This document shows, piece after piece, positions 1-7,698 of a stretch of 14,937 nt of DNA. The notes below the pieces were generated by a model. That model ran no database searches. It saw nothing but the letters and a program-made list of their open reading frames with translations, and was not told the DNA's origin. This stretch comes from Tubiluchus corallicola. Its lineage: Eukaryota > Animalia > Priapulida. Position 1 is the stretch's first letter, and every line of letters begins with the position of its first letter. The DNA is taken from NCBI GenBank assembly GCA_030141605.1, contig JAQGDQ010000270.1, positions 296,430 through 311,366 on the forward strand. The letters run 5' to 3'. Position numbers and translations under genes: made by a program.

Positions 1-55
1 GGCATTTTTTTAGTTTACACACTTTGTGAAACAGTGTCCTTTCAGCTATAAGGAG

Positions 56-99
56 AGCCCTCTAGCCTGCATTTATTATTCAGGCTAGAAGGGCTTTTT
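56..99. terminator. Stem-loop just downstream of the TonB receptor stop (intrinsic terminator or mRNA-stabilising hairpin)
   Basis: AGCCCTCTAGCCTG (56-69) pairs with CAGGCTAGAAGGGCT (81-95) with one bulged A and an 11-nt loop. A T run follows on the + strand (95-99); the - strand has only a weak U tract. Confidence 0.7.
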
Positions 100-116
100 A
101 TTACTGTATATAGCTT

Positions 117-2231
117 CTAAAATTTCACAAGCAAGTTTGCTCCAAATGTCAAAGGCCTTCCATCTTGTATATACGATACATCTTCAATCTCGAACCAGTA
201 TGAATTATAGTCTGCGTTTGATAGGTTCTTTCCCCATATATCCAGTTGAAGTCTATTTTTTATAAAGGATAGCTTTGCGTCAAGCAATCCATAATACCCC
301 TGAGAGGCTGTATTTTCAACATTCCAGAAGAACTTCCCTGCTCCACGGTAATTGATATTGGCAATCAGCTTGTCCAGCACGCTTCCGTTATTGAATACAA
401 ATACTTTACTGAGGCTGCCATTTACAACATAACGTGGAACGTAAGGGATAAAGTTGTCATTGTAATTTAAATTTTCACCTGCAATGTACTCTACAAATTT
501 TGCATGAGTATAGCCATAGCTTATGGTTGCTATCCAGTTTGTAGCGGGTAGTGCTCTTACAAATAACTCACCACCTTTGGATATAGATTTACCGGCGTTG
601 GTTTTCATCATACCCTGCCCAAGAGATGCAGGCACATCTATTTGTTGTTTTGTCCAGTCGATATAGAATAGAGCAGCGTCAATATGCAATCTGTTACCGG
701 CCAACGACACCTTAGCTCCCAGCTCATAGTTCCAACTATTTTCAGGGCCGTAGTAGATATTGTCTTTATCAATTTCTGTAACATTGGTATTATATCCCCC
801 AGCTTTATATCCCTTTGTTGCAGTAGCGTAAATATTTGAGTGTTGTCCTACTTTATACTTTAGTGCCACTTTGGGTAGAATTTCCATAAATCCTTCCTGG
901 AAAGTGGTGTCTATTCCCGGCATAGGGATATCATTGACAGTAAGGTCAAGTGTATGATCTAAGGCGTCATTTTCAATATCAAGCCTGATGCCTGCATCCA
1001 AGGAAAGATTTTTTATAAGGATATCGTTTAATGTGGACTGATGAAAAAGGGCAAAACCAAAGCTTTCAAAGTTGTTGAAAACATCCTGCATAATAGCCGG
1101 AACAAAAGGAGGAGCACCATATAAGTTTACAATGGTAGGCTGTTTTGATGACTGGTAGAACCCATACGCTCCCAAGAGCCAATTATACCTGGAGTGTGTT
1201 GTGGACTTTAGCATTACCTCCTGAGACATCATATTACGCTTATCAGCAGTAACAAGGAAGAGGATTGAGTCAGAAGTAAAATCCTGGTCAACTGCCATTT
1301 CCCCATCATTGAACTGGTAACTGGTTGTGGAGATAAGGTCAAATACATCGTGCCTGTATTTTAAAGATAGTCCACCCGACAGCACATCCTGCTCATAATG
1401 GCTATCCTGGTTATAGTTTATCTCCTCTGTTTGCCCGGATTCATCATTGTGGACTGCATATGGAAATCCATACTGCTTGCTAAGCTCAAAGGAGGCGATA
1501 AATTCCATTGAAAGACGATCAGACATATCCCATACTAATCTGCCCCTACCACTACCTGATTTTATATTATCTACAGGCTCGTCATTGTACGCATTTACAA
1601 AGTATCCATCGCGCATAAGAAAGTTTCCTCCTAGTGAGAAGCTGATCTTATCATTTATTTTATTATAGTGGTTTATGTTTGCGCGTAGATAGTTGTAATT
1701 ACCCCCAGTTACAGATATCTTGGTGCCATCATAGTGAGAGGGTGACTTGGTGTAAATGTTAATGATTCCCCCCATCGTGTTTCGTCCATACAGTGTTCCC
1801 TGAGGTCCTCTTAAAACCTCGATTCGGTCTATATCAAAAAAATCGAACCCAAAAGTGCTTTTCTCATAGTAAGGAATGTTATCGACATACAGTCCCACAG
1901 ATGGAGAGCCAAGTTTTGAGCCAATGCCACGGATAAATACAGGTGATTGTAGTTTTGAGCCGTAGTCAAGTACAAAAAGGTTTGGTGCCATGGATGAAAT
2001 ATCCGACAAGCTTTGAACCTCGTTATATTCTATCTTCTGTGATGAGATGATCGATATAGAGGCAGGTACCTCTTTTTTATTAGAGTACTCTTTAGGCGAT
2101 TTCACTGTTATCTCATCCAATTCAATTTTGGAGGTGTCTATCGTATCTGTAAGTATTCTGATTTCCTGTGCCATAACGGACCCGATGGATAGCAAAAGAG
2201 CTATAGGAAGTATTATGTATTTTATTTTCAT
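117..2231 (-). CDS. TonB-dependent outer-membrane receptor (plug plus beta-barrel, FyuA/iron-complex-receptor-like)
   Basis: 704 aa. Signal peptide MKIKYIILPIALLLSIGSVMA, TonB-box-like ELDEITVKS, plug motifs FIRGIG and DIDRIEVLRGPQGTLYGRNTMGG, barrel motifs GYKAGG / PENSWNYELG / KNL, and a C-terminal Phe. Confidence 0.95.
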   Translation of the reverse strand: MKIKYIILPIALLLSIGSVMAQEIRILTDTIDTSKIELDEITVKSPKEYSNKKEVPASISIISSQKIEYNEVQSLSDISSMAPNLFVLDYGSKLQSPVFIRGIGSKLGSPSVGLYVDNIPYYEKSTFGFDFFDIDRIEVLRGPQGTLYGRNTMGGIINIYTKSPSHYDGTKISVTGGNYNYLRANINHYNKINDKISFSLGGNFLMRDGYFVNAYNDEPVDNIKSGSGRGRLVWDMSDRLSMEFIASFELSKQYGFPYAVHNDESGQTEEINYNQDSHYEQDVLSGGLSLKYRHDVFDLISTTSYQFNDGEMAVDQDFTSDSILFLVTADKRNMMSQEVMLKSTTHSRYNWLLGAYGFYQSSKQPTIVNLYGAPPFVPAIMQDVFNNFESFGFALFHQSTLNDILIKNLSLDAGIRLDIENDALDHTLDLTVNDIPMPGIDTTFQEGFMEILPKVALKYKVGQHSNIYATATKGYKAGGYNTNVTEIDKDNIYYGPENSWNYELGAKVSLAGNRLHIDAALFYIDWTKQQIDVPASLGQGMMKTNAGKSISKGGELFVRALPATNWIATISYGYTHAKFVEYIAGENLNYNDNFIPYVPRYVVNGSLSKVFVFNNGSVLDKLIANINYRGAGKFFWNVENTASQGYYGLLDAKLSFIKNRLQLDIWGKNLSNADYNSYWFEIEDVSYIQDGRPLTFGANLLVKF

Positions 2232-2360
2232 TTATTTATATTTTTGATTATTTACTGTTTCATAAGGAGTTAATATAATGGCTATAGCTACAATGTAACA
2301 GCCGGTAGAGCGTAATCTCACTACAGGCGGCACAACTGTTTTAGCTTTAAATAACTGTTT

Positions 2361-2714
2361 TCAAATTGAGGGTGGCGGTATAGGAAAAAGAGAGTATGGT
2401 ATCTCTGTGGTTATCACTGAGTAAAGCTGGCAATAGGGGGAGTTTTGCTTGGTTGTGTGAAGTGACCTTTTATCTGCATAAAAGTGAGTGAGGAGTGGTG
2501 CCACCTCTATTATTTCCGTACTTTCTATGTTGTGGCTACAGCTTTCCGTGCTATTAATACGGTTTACCTCTTCTATAGAGGGTTGCTTCAACAAGCTGCT
2601 TTCTACTTTTTCCTCTTCGGCTATATGCACTCTAAACGTGATTAGTCCCAGAATATAGAAAATAGCCAAAGCAAGAAAGGGTAGATGGGAAGCTATTGAG
2701 CCGTAAAAAAACAT
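2361..2714 (-). CDS. Small leader protein with an N-terminal hydrophobic segment and C-terminal FPIPPP; candidate regulatory upstream ORF of the TonB receptor
   Basis: 117 aa. Hydrophobic stretch LPFLALAIFYILGLITF, polar linker, ends YSLFPIPPPSI. Co-oriented with the receptor, 129 bp upstream of it, and preceded by a TAnnTTTG element. Confidence 0.65.
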   Translation of the reverse strand: MFFYGSIASHLPFLALAIFYILGLITFRVHIAEEEKVESSLLKQPSIEEVNRINSTESCSHNIESTEIIEVAPLLTHFYADKRSLHTTKQNSPYCQLYSVITTEIPYSLFPIPPPSI

Positions 2715-2774
2715 ATTGAAAGTCTATCTGGGTTTACCACTATTATAGAGATAAAGTTATTTTGTATTAGTTGT

Positions 2775-2782
2775 CAAATATA
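2775..2782 (-). promoter_or_regulatory. Bacteroidota sigmaA -7 element (TATATTTG) for the leader ORF / TonB receptor transcript
   Basis: + strand CAAATATA reads TATATTTG on the - strand, 60 nt upstream of the ATG at 2714. A second match, TAGATTTG, lies at 2827-2834. No clear -33 TTTG at the usual spacing. Confidence 0.5.
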
Positions 2783-2955
2783 AACAAATAACATGAAACT
2801 TCCTGAATGTAATGAATTACGATGGCCAAATCTATTTTGCTTACAGTTATTAATTACAATCGGTTGTTTAACGGTTTTTTTGTGTGTTAACTGTTCATTT
2901 ATATTTTATTGATATATTTACTGAATTTCAATAAATTATATGTTATCCAAAAGGT

Positions 2956-3762
2956 ATGAAAGGCAGAGTTGTAATTATCACCGGAGCATCTTCCGGCATA
3001 GGGTATGCGTTGGCAAAAGAGTTTGCATTAAAGGGGGCAAAGCTAGTGTTGGGAGCGCGCCGCATGAAGCGTTTGAAAGCCCTAAAGAGTGAGTTGTCTT
3101 TTACTGAGGTTCTGACAGTGCAAACAGATGTTTCTATAGAGCAGGACTGCAAGTTATTAATTGATAAAACTATAGATAAGTTTGGACGCATTGATGCCCT
3201 TATTAATAATGCCGGCATCTCTATGCGTGCTTTGTTTGATGATCTGGATATTAAAGTTATGCATCGGGTAATGGATGTAAATTTTTATGGGACAGTATAT
3301 TGTACAAAGCATGCACTTCCATATCTTCTGGAGTCAAAAGGCTCGCTTGTCGGTATTATCTCAATTGCCGGATATGTAGGTCTTCCAGGGCGTACAGCTT
3401 ATTCTGCTTCTAAGTTTGCAGTTCGTGGCTTTTTAGATACTATCCGTATAGAGAATCTTAATAAGGGGCTACATGTGCTAGTCGCTGCTCCCGGATTCAC
3501 ATCTTCAGAGGTGCGCAAAACTGCTTTAACTGCCGATGGTAGCACCCAGGAGGAGACACCACGGGATGAAAGCAAGATGATGAGCGCTGAGGAGTGTGCA
3601 AGACATATTGTAAAGGCAGTTAAAAAGCGCAGGAGAGAGCTTGTGCTCACATTTCTTGAAGGTAAGGTTACCGTTATGCTTGGAAAGTTGTTTCCATCAC
3701 TGTTGGACAGGCTAACATACAGCCATATGGCCAAAGAGCCCGGTTCTCCGTTGTGTGATTAA
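2956..3762 (+). CDS. Classical short-chain dehydrogenase/reductase (SDR family oxidoreductase)
   Basis: 268 aa. TGASSGIG Rossmann motif, LINNAG, catalytic YSASK (YxxxK), and PG motif in VAAPGF. Confidence 0.95.
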   Translation: MKGRVVIITGASSGIGYALAKEFALKGAKLVLGARRMKRLKALKSELSFTEVLTVQTDVSIEQDCKLLIDKTIDKFGRIDALINNAGISMRALFDDLDIKVMHRVMDVNFYGTVYCTKHALPYLLESKGSLVGIISIAGYVGLPGRTAYSASKFAVRGFLDTIRIENLNKGLHVLVAAPGFTSSEVRKTALTADGSTQEETPRDESKMMSAEECARHIVKAVKKRRRELVLTFLEGKVTVMLGKLFPSLLDRLTYSHMAKEPGSPLCD

Positions 3763-4453
3763 TTTTATGGCTATTATCTTGTATGCGGTTGCAGCCAGTG
3801 TTGGTATCTAGGCCATTTCAGTAGTGCATGTTTGGGGCACAGGAGGGGGGAATAGTCAAGATGCTGTAGCTTGCAGATAGAGAAATGCCACAATAGCAAG
3901 TAGTATAATTAACAGTCCTGCTATTTTATTGGCCCACCACATAACTCTGAGTCTTAGTTTATGGCGGAACGCATTTATAACTCCTGCAACAATAAGCCAC
4001 CAAAATGCTGCCCCTAAAAAAATGGCTCCAACTACCAGAAAAGAGTGCACAATGTCAGATATGTTCATAGCTACATCGGAGCTTGCAAAAATTGCTATAA
4101 AAACAAACACTGCCAATGGGTTTGACAGTGTTAAAAATAGAGTGATCAGGTAATCCTGAAAGTAAGTGGAGCCCTTTTTTCTAAATCTTTGAATATCTTT
4201 TACAGGGTTTGATAGAAAGATGAGTATTCCCAAAAAGATAAGCATAACAAAGGCTATAATATGAAAAGCCAGTTCATGCCGTTTAATAAAGTCAATAATG
4301 AATGTAAGGCTAAGGCCTGCTATAATTGCGTAAACGGCGTCGGAAGAGGCTGCACCAAGCCCTGATACAAATCCTGACTTCCAGCCTTTATTCACTGTTC
4401 TCTGAACGCATAGTACAGCAATGGGGCCCAATGGTATTGAGACAGCTATACCA
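3638..4453 (+). repeat. Direct repeat copy 1 (816 bp: SDR 3' end, intergenic region, most of lysE)
   Basis: Matches 4479-5294 at offset 841, from AGCTTGTGCTCAC to ACAGCTATACCA. No mismatch seen by eye. Confidence 0.95.
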
Positions 4454-4464
4454 TTGGGCCCCAT
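3856..4464 (-). pseudogene. 5'-truncated duplicate of the LysE translocator; native N-terminus replaced by junction-derived MGPN; possibly an assembly artefact
   Basis: Identical to 4697-5329 from GIAVSIPLGP onward and lacks MNYEMFLKCFFI. Its ATG lies inside the fold-back insert, and the native promoter is outside the duplicated unit. Confidence 0.65.
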
Positions 4465-4478
4465 GTGCTATGCGTTCA
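4403..4478. repeat. Fold-back inverted repeat at the duplication junction
   Basis: 4448-4478 (ATACCATTGGGCCCCATGTGCTATGCGTTCA) is the reverse complement of 4403-4437 apart from a 4-nt deletion and one substitution; 10-nt loop at 4438-4447. Confidence 0.9.
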
Positions 4479-4603
4479 AGCTTGTGCTCACATTTCTTGA
4501 AGGTAAGGTTACCGTTATGCTTGGAAAGTTGTTTCCATCACTGTTGGACAGGCTAACATACAGCCATATGGCCAAAGAGCCCGGTTCTCCGTTGTGTGAT
4601 TAA
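4479..4603 (+). pseudogene. Duplicated 3' fragment of the SDR gene
   Basis: Encodes LVLTFLEGKV...GSPLCD*, identical to the SDR C-terminus. Confidence 0.7.
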
Positions 4604-5294
4604 TTTTATGGCTATTATCTTGTATGCGGTTGCAGCCAGTGTTGGTATCTAGGCCATTTCAGTAGTGCATGTTTGGGGCACAGGAGGGGGGAATAGTCAA
4701 GATGCTGTAGCTTGCAGATAGAGAAATGCCACAATAGCAAGTAGTATAATTAACAGTCCTGCTATTTTATTGGCCCACCACATAACTCTGAGTCTTAGTT
4801 TATGGCGGAACGCATTTATAACTCCTGCAACAATAAGCCACCAAAATGCTGCCCCTAAAAAAATGGCTCCAACTACCAGAAAAGAGTGCACAATGTCAGA
4901 TATGTTCATAGCTACATCGGAGCTTGCAAAAATTGCTATAAAAACAAACACTGCCAATGGGTTTGACAGTGTTAAAAATAGAGTGATCAGGTAATCCTGA
5001 AAGTAAGTGGAGCCCTTTTTTCTAAATCTTTGAATATCTTTTACAGGGTTTGATAGAAAGATGAGTATTCCCAAAAAGATAAGCATAACAAAGGCTATAA
5101 TATGAAAAGCCAGTTCATGCCGTTTAATAAAGTCAATAATGAATGTAAGGCTAAGGCCTGCTATAATTGCGTAAACGGCGTCGGAAGAGGCTGCACCAAG
5201 CCCTGATACAAATCCTGACTTCCAGCCTTTATTCACTGTTCTCTGAACGCATAGTACAGCAATGGGGCCCAATGGTATTGAGACAGCTATACCA
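4479..5294 (+). repeat. Direct repeat copy 2 (816 bp)
   Basis: Matches 3638-4453 and continues into the native lysE 5' end. Confidence 0.95.
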
Positions 5295-5329
5295 ATAAAA
5301 AAGCATTTTAAAAACATTTCATAATTCAT
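4697..5329 (-). CDS. LysE/RhtB family translocator (amino-acid or small-solute exporter)
   Basis: 210 aa with about 6 hydrophobic helices and family motifs IPLGP, G..SGLGAASSD, LTLSNP and GAAFWW. Confidence 0.92.
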   Translation of the reverse strand: MNYEMFLKCFFIGIAVSIPLGPIAVLCVQRTVNKGWKSGFVSGLGAASSDAVYAIIAGLSLTFIIDFIKRHELAFHIIAFVMLIFLGILIFLSNPVKDIQRFRKKGSTYFQDYLITLFLTLSNPLAVFVFIAIFASSDVAMNISDIVHSFLVVGAIFLGAAFWWLIVAGVINAFRHKLRLRVMWWANKIAGLLIILLAIVAFLYLQATAS

Positions 5330-5334
5330 ACCCC

Positions 5335-5367
5335 CAAAGTTACTATTAAGCGATTTTTACGCACAAA
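5335..5367 (-). promoter_or_regulatory. Consensus Bacteroidota sigmaA promoter directly upstream of the lysE start
   Basis: - strand TTTG (5367-5364), 21-nt spacer, TAACTTTG (5342-5335), then GGGGT and the ATG at 5329. Confidence 0.7.
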
Positions 5368-5673
5368 GAAACTAAAATGTTTTTTTTATTTTTAACTATT
5401 TAAGAATTTAGGAAATATGTACCAGATGTTTATATTTATAAAGGGGGAGATTTTGCAAGGCGAAAGAATTGGTTCAGAGTGAGAAGAATCAAAGAAAGCT
5501 TTAAGCTTGCATATATAGTGAAGGTTTTGAAGATTGGAGAGAGTTTTGACGGAAGTATAAGTAAAAGGATGAATTTTGCAAAGGGTTCAGGGTGTGTATT
5601 TTGTTTTTTTAATATTAATATAATTAAAAAAATGTTTAACTTTAAGCTACTTTGAATAAGTAGTGAAGCAACA

Positions 5674-6831
5674 ATGGGAAAAATTTTAATAGTAGATGAT
5701 AATCCTACAAATATACAGGTACTAGCAAATATACTGAATATTGAAAATTACGATTTTGAGTTTGCTATGAATGGAGATGAAGCGTTAAGCTGGATCGGGA
5801 AAGAGACATTCGATATAGTGCTTCTGGATGTAGTTATGCCTGGTATGGATGGGTATCAGGTTTGCAGAGAAATTAAGAAAAATCCTGATAATGAAAATAT
5901 TAGTATCATTTTTGTGACTGCAAATGCAGATGTGACAAGTGTTACTGAAGGTTTTGACTCGGGAGGTGTAGACTATGTTACCAAGCCGTTTAATGAAAAA
6001 GAGCTGCTGAAGAGGGTACATACACACAGTGAGCTTGCAAAAAGTAGGAAGAAGCTAAAAGATGTAAATAGTTGGCTAGAAAAAGAGGTAAAGAAGAAAA
6101 CAGCACAATTGACAGAGCAGAATGAAAGACTGGTAAAGGCGTATAGAGAAATATCAAGGCTTGACGATTCAAGGAATGAGTTTTTAAGAATGATCAGCCA
6201 TGAAATACGGACACCTCTTAATGGTGTGATAGGTATTATTGATATTATTAAGCAGACTACCGAAGATAATTCCATTTTGGAATATCTTGAAGCACTGGAT
6301 ATTTCTGCAAAACGTCTGGAGATGTTTTCTTACAAGGCTCTTGATATTTCGGCGATACGTGCGTTGGGAGCAAATATTAAAAAAGCAAGGGTAAGCATTA
6401 GTACCATAATAAAAGATAGTGTGCGCTTTTGTCAGCAAAATTTTAAAGATAAGGTAATTAATATTGTAACAAAGGGTGGATGCGGAGCAGACAAGGTGGC
6501 AGTTAACACAAAATATATGGAAAAATGCCTCATAAATATTCTGGAAAATTCAATTAAGTTTTCACCTGAACAAAGCACTGTAGTTATTGGCCTGTCTAAC
6601 GCTAGTAGTAACTGTATAATAACTATTTCAGATGAAGGTCCCGGATTTTCAAAAAAAATACTGGAACATGGGATAACCCCTTTTAGAGGCGATATTGCTC
6701 AGACCGAGCTATCTCCCGGATTGGGGCTTTATCTGTCTAAATTAATAGTTGAGTCTCACGAAGGGGCTATTGAAATAAGCAATAACAAGGGTAAAGGGGC
6801 AAAGGTAAGACTAACATTTCCTGTACGGTAG
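5674..6831 (+). CDS. Cytoplasmic hybrid response regulator / histidine kinase (REC-HisKA-HATPase_c)
   Basis: 385 aa. REC domain (ILIVDD, LLD52VVMPGMDG, FVTA, DYVTKPF), coiled-coil linker, H-box SH176EIRTPL, N-box NILENSIKF, G1 DEGPG, G2 GLGL. No TM segment. Confidence 0.93.
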   Translation: MGKILIVDDNPTNIQVLANILNIENYDFEFAMNGDEALSWIGKETFDIVLLDVVMPGMDGYQVCREIKKNPDNENISIIFVTANADVTSVTEGFDSGGVDYVTKPFNEKELLKRVHTHSELAKSRKKLKDVNSWLEKEVKKKTAQLTEQNERLVKAYREISRLDDSRNEFLRMISHEIRTPLNGVIGIIDIIKQTTEDNSILEYLEALDISAKRLEMFSYKALDISAIRALGANIKKARVSISTIIKDSVRFCQQNFKDKVINIVTKGGCGADKVAVNTKYMEKCLINILENSIKFSPEQSTVVIGLSNASSNCIITISDEGPGFSKKILEHGITPFRGDIAQTELSPGLGLYLSKLIVESHEGAIEISNNKGKGAKVRLTFPVR

Positions 6832-6852
6832 TAAGGCTTCTTTTATGTTTTT

Positions 6853-6860
6853 TATATTTG
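6853..6860 (+). promoter_or_regulatory. Possible -7 promoter element (TATATTTG) for rdgB
   Basis: Exact TAnnTTTG match 48 nt upstream of the start at 6909; no clear -33 element. Confidence 0.4.
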
Positions 6861-6908
6861 ATATTGCGAGGGGAGTCTTCTCTGTATTGTTTTGAAGTAT
6901 AGTAGGTT

Positions 6909-7490
6909 ATGATGGAATTTGTATTTGCAACAAATAATAAGCACAAGATAGGTGAGTTAAGGGAGATGCTGGGGAGTAGTATTTCCTTGTTGGGGCTTAA
7001 CGATATTAAGTGTAATGAAGATATTGCGGAAACGGGTGATACACTTGAGCAAAATGCTGCACAGAAGTCATTTTATGTATGGGATAAATATAGAGTAAAT
7101 TGCTTTGCTGATGATACCGGGTTGGAGATAGAAGCGCTTAATGGGGCTCCTGGTGTGTATTCTGCGCGATATGCAGGAGATGATAAAGATGCAGACGCAA
7201 ATATGCTTAAAGTTTTGAGGGAGATGGATGGTGTTTTAAATCGCAATGCACGGTTTCGTACAGTTATATCTTTGATTATTGATGGTAAGGAAGAACAGTT
7301 TGAGGGGAGTGTTGATGGGAAGATTTTAGAAAAGAAACGGGGAGGTGAAGGGTTTGGGTATGATCCTATATTTCTCCCCAACGGTTTCAGCCTCTCATTT
7401 GCTGAAATGGATATTGAAACTAAAAATAGTATAAGTCACCGCGGAAGGGCTATCTCAAAGCTGGTTAGTTATCTTCGTGAGCAGTATTAA
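6909..7490 (+). CDS. rdgB: Non-canonical purine NTP pyrophosphatase (dITP/XTP pyrophosphatase, RdgB/HAM1 family)
   Basis: 193 aa. FATNNKHK, ADDTGLEI.ALNGAPGVYSARYAG, GFGYDPIF and KNSISHRG (SHR signature). Confidence 0.96.
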   Translation: MMEFVFATNNKHKIGELREMLGSSISLLGLNDIKCNEDIAETGDTLEQNAAQKSFYVWDKYRVNCFADDTGLEIEALNGAPGVYSARYAGDDKDADANMLKVLREMDGVLNRNARFRTVISLIIDGKEEQFEGSVDGKILEKKRGGEGFGYDPIFLPNGFSLSFAEMDIETKNSISHRGRAISKLVSYLREQY

Positions 7491-7642
7491 GTTGTTTTTC
7501 AGCTTTTTGCACTTACGTTAGGCATAATGAAATTTATTATAGAGCATTGTGCCAGGGCAGTTTTCATATGTTCATCACCTTTGTGCAGGTTCGGGGGCTT
7601 TTTCAAAAAATAAAAAGCGTAGTAGTGAAAGCACCGGCTCTC

Positions 7643-7674
7643 TTTGCTCAGTCAATTCCATAGTTGTAACTTTG
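7643..7674 (+). promoter_or_regulatory. Consensus Bacteroidota sigmaA promoter for the U32 gene
   Basis: TTTG (7643-7646), 20-nt spacer, TAACTTTG (7667-7674), 24 nt upstream of the ATG at 7699. Confidence 0.72.
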
Positions 7675-7698
7675 CGGGAGTTTTTATCTTTTTAATAT

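Noticed and set aside
2232-2955. Cobalamin or TPP riboswitch, or Fur box, upstream of the TonB receptor
   Set aside because: I could not find the conserved cores of these elements by eye; an Rfam or motif scan would be needed to exclude them fully.
4421-4603. 60-aa + strand ORF as an independent small gene
   Set aside because: It is a chimera of lysE antisense sequence, the fold-back insert and the duplicated SDR tail.
3638-5294. Duplication as a mobile element or diversity-generating retroelement TR/VR pair
   Set aside because: No transposase, integrase or reverse transcriptase is present, and the copies show no adenine-specific variation.
5330-5673. ncRNA or CRISPR array in the long lysE-kinase spacer
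   Set aside because: No repeat-spacer periodicity and no stable structure; it looks like an ordinary AT-rich divergent promoter region.
7578-7618. Small inverted repeats between rdgB and the U32 gene (ACCT/AGGT; GCTTTTT/AAAAAGC)
   Set aside because: Short, AT-rich and without a following U tract, so consistent with chance.
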